In this document: piece by piece, positions 62,201 to 64,000 of the stretch | Numbering within the stretch: the stretch's first letter is position 1 | Layout of the letters: each line of letters begins with the position of its first letter | Assembly: GCA_903813345.2 (NCBI GenBank) | Contig: CAIIXF020000001.1 | Location: forward strand, 46,748,001 to 46,812,000 | Direction: 5' to 3' | Length of the DNA: 64,000 nt | Source of the DNA: Owenia fusiformis | Lineage: Eukaryota | Translations under genes and position numbers: made by a program | Notes under the pieces: generated by a model | What the model was told of the DNA's origin: nothing | Database searches by the model: none | Seen by the model: the letters and a program-made list of their open reading frames with translations, nothing else

Positions 62201-63994
62201 AGACCCATTCATGTGAATGTTATATGCATCAAAACTAGTAACTCAGCTAACAGAGAACAAATATACAAACAATATTAAAATGGACAAGTGTATTCATTTT
62301 TAGGTTGGGGAATAACTGCCATAACTGGGAAGGAACATCTCAGGTACTCTGTCTTTGGTGAAGTGTTACAGACAGCGAAACTGATGTTGAAGAAAGCAAC
62401 GCGTAAGATTTCTTGTTTGTATACATTGCGAAAACACATTGTAAACTAAACGAAAAATCCAATGAATTATATTAATACGAATATTATAAATATAACGATA
62501 TAGTATATGCACATATGATTCAGAAATAGACGAAAACAACAGTCATGAAAAACAGACAAATATTGTTCTATTTTATGTGAGTGTTGCTCAAACAATTTAC
62601 TTTTTAATATCTATATCTGTCAAAGTCATCAATACATCATCAAGATAAATCAGAAATCTCAGGAAATGTGTACAAAAATCGAGATCGCACTGAATTTACA
62701 CAAAGATACATATAGCAATAACACTATCCTTCAGCCACCAAAATCTACTTGATATAACTTTGAGACTAATATAAGTCTGTATTATCTTTTCTCGTATTGA
62801 TCTTGATTTTCATTCTATACGAAAAAACAACAGCCTTTGGCAAGGCCACGAACATACCTAAAGTTACAGGTCTCGCATAGTTTCCAATCACTTTTACGTT
62901 AGTCACAGGATATATCATAACTGGATTTTTCATAAGCTTTACATAGGCTACATATTTATACAATCCATAAATTTTTTTTGATGCAGCCAATAGGATAACG
63001 ATGACCGAAAAGACGTGTCAGCTCTTAAAAAAATGTGGGGGCTACAGAATTAAACTAAGAGGACATATTAAACTGGAGGTAATTAATTATTCTGTGCTTA
63101 GGAGTCAGATTTTCTTTGTTCTTATTGTACATATATAAATTTTATAAATTATTATCTTGAGTGATAGTAGTATATGTATTATTTTTCTATTTTTTGGTTA
63201 CCATTTTGAAGAATTGGGAGAATTTAAACATTTCCCCCCCATTTTGGCACTTCGAATCTTTAACTTCACAAATTTATAACATGTCGTAGATCTTTTGGTA
63301 CTTGGGATTGTGAGGAAAATATTGGTTAGTCAACTGTCTATGTTGCTTGTATTTTGTCACCACAAGGATATAGATTTTTTATTTTTCAGAGATAGTTTAT
63401 TACTCTGTCTTGACGGAACATCAATTATATCTGGAAAACAAAATATATATTCTGCTACTGTAGAATCAACATGTATTTACTTTCAGAATGGAAATCGGCT
63501 GAGCACAATGTATCTTCTCGGTCGTGACATGATTCTTTCAGGAAGCGACTTTGACATTGAGCCATCATCTATGGACATATCATCAATTTCAAGTCGGATT
63601 TCGACCGTCAATTCAAAATCAGGTGATTTGAGAAACAGCAAAACTAGTAAAACACATAGTTTCATCGATCAGGTTAAAGAAATTAAAACTAAGATATCAT
63701 GGCCTTTAAATAGGTCATTGCGAAATTCATCAGAATCAATGCTAGCTCTTCAAGATATTCAAGACTTTGAAACTGAGCAACTTGGATTGACAAGAAAAAA
63801 TTCAATCTCAAAAAGAAGAAACACTCAACTTAGAAAAATGTCAAAAGCTTTCAAAGACGGCAAAACATCGACATCTACCCTTGCTCCAATAAATTGTGAA
63901 GATTTGCTTTTTATGAACGACTCATTGACGTCATTAAATAGCTCACTGGGCTCTGTAAAGGACGCTGTCATAGGTTCCTCACCTTGGTATATCC
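59286..63994 (+). CDS. Two-TM receptor guanylyl cyclase-like protein (TM - NIT-like sensor - TM - coiled coil - degenerate cyclase), 3'-partial
   Basis: Exons 59286-59609, 60187-61152, 61294-61492, 61768-61899, 62304-62402, 62987-63078, 63487-63994 are phase-consistent and stop-free, with a GTAAGT donor at 63995. TM1 GFLALILCPALVVFAVTALNLL, then LFISNLQEER, TM2 LTIGVTGVILCITTLLII, MNHVLPKEV, AYRIES, EIADLSLD, IHTG, RYSVFGE, GGYRIKLRGHI, TMYLLG. Start ATG uncertain. Confidence 0.78.
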
Positions 63995-64000
63995 GTAAGT

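Overview
AT-rich, intron-containing animal genomic DNA. It is most likely a lophotrochozoan such as an annelid or mollusc, which is an inference from gene and repeat content. Eight spliced genes were reconstructed by hand from GT-AG sites and conserved motifs: CSTF1 (5'-partial, +), XXYLT1 (-), MIIP-like (+), two tandem secreted AA15-type lytic polysaccharide monooxygenases (-), a short membrane-anchored TTC17-like TPR protein (-) head-to-head with NECAP (+), and a 3'-partial two-TM, NIT-like receptor guanylyl cyclase with a degenerate catalytic site (+). Introns and intergenic DNA hold many small non-autonomous DNA transposons, several with readable target-site duplications (TSDs), plus Helentron-like elements, a truncated LINE and minisatellites. 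Three observations stand out. (1) A 9x54-bp array in MIIP multiplies a 3' splice site together with the first codons of its exon, all in frame and stop-free. (2) The NIT-GC-like receptor has an intact reading frame but appears catalytically dead. (3) A two-copy transposon family has 8-bp TSDs but asymmetric termini, and one copy carries nested insertions. All homology calls are from motif recognition, not database searches.
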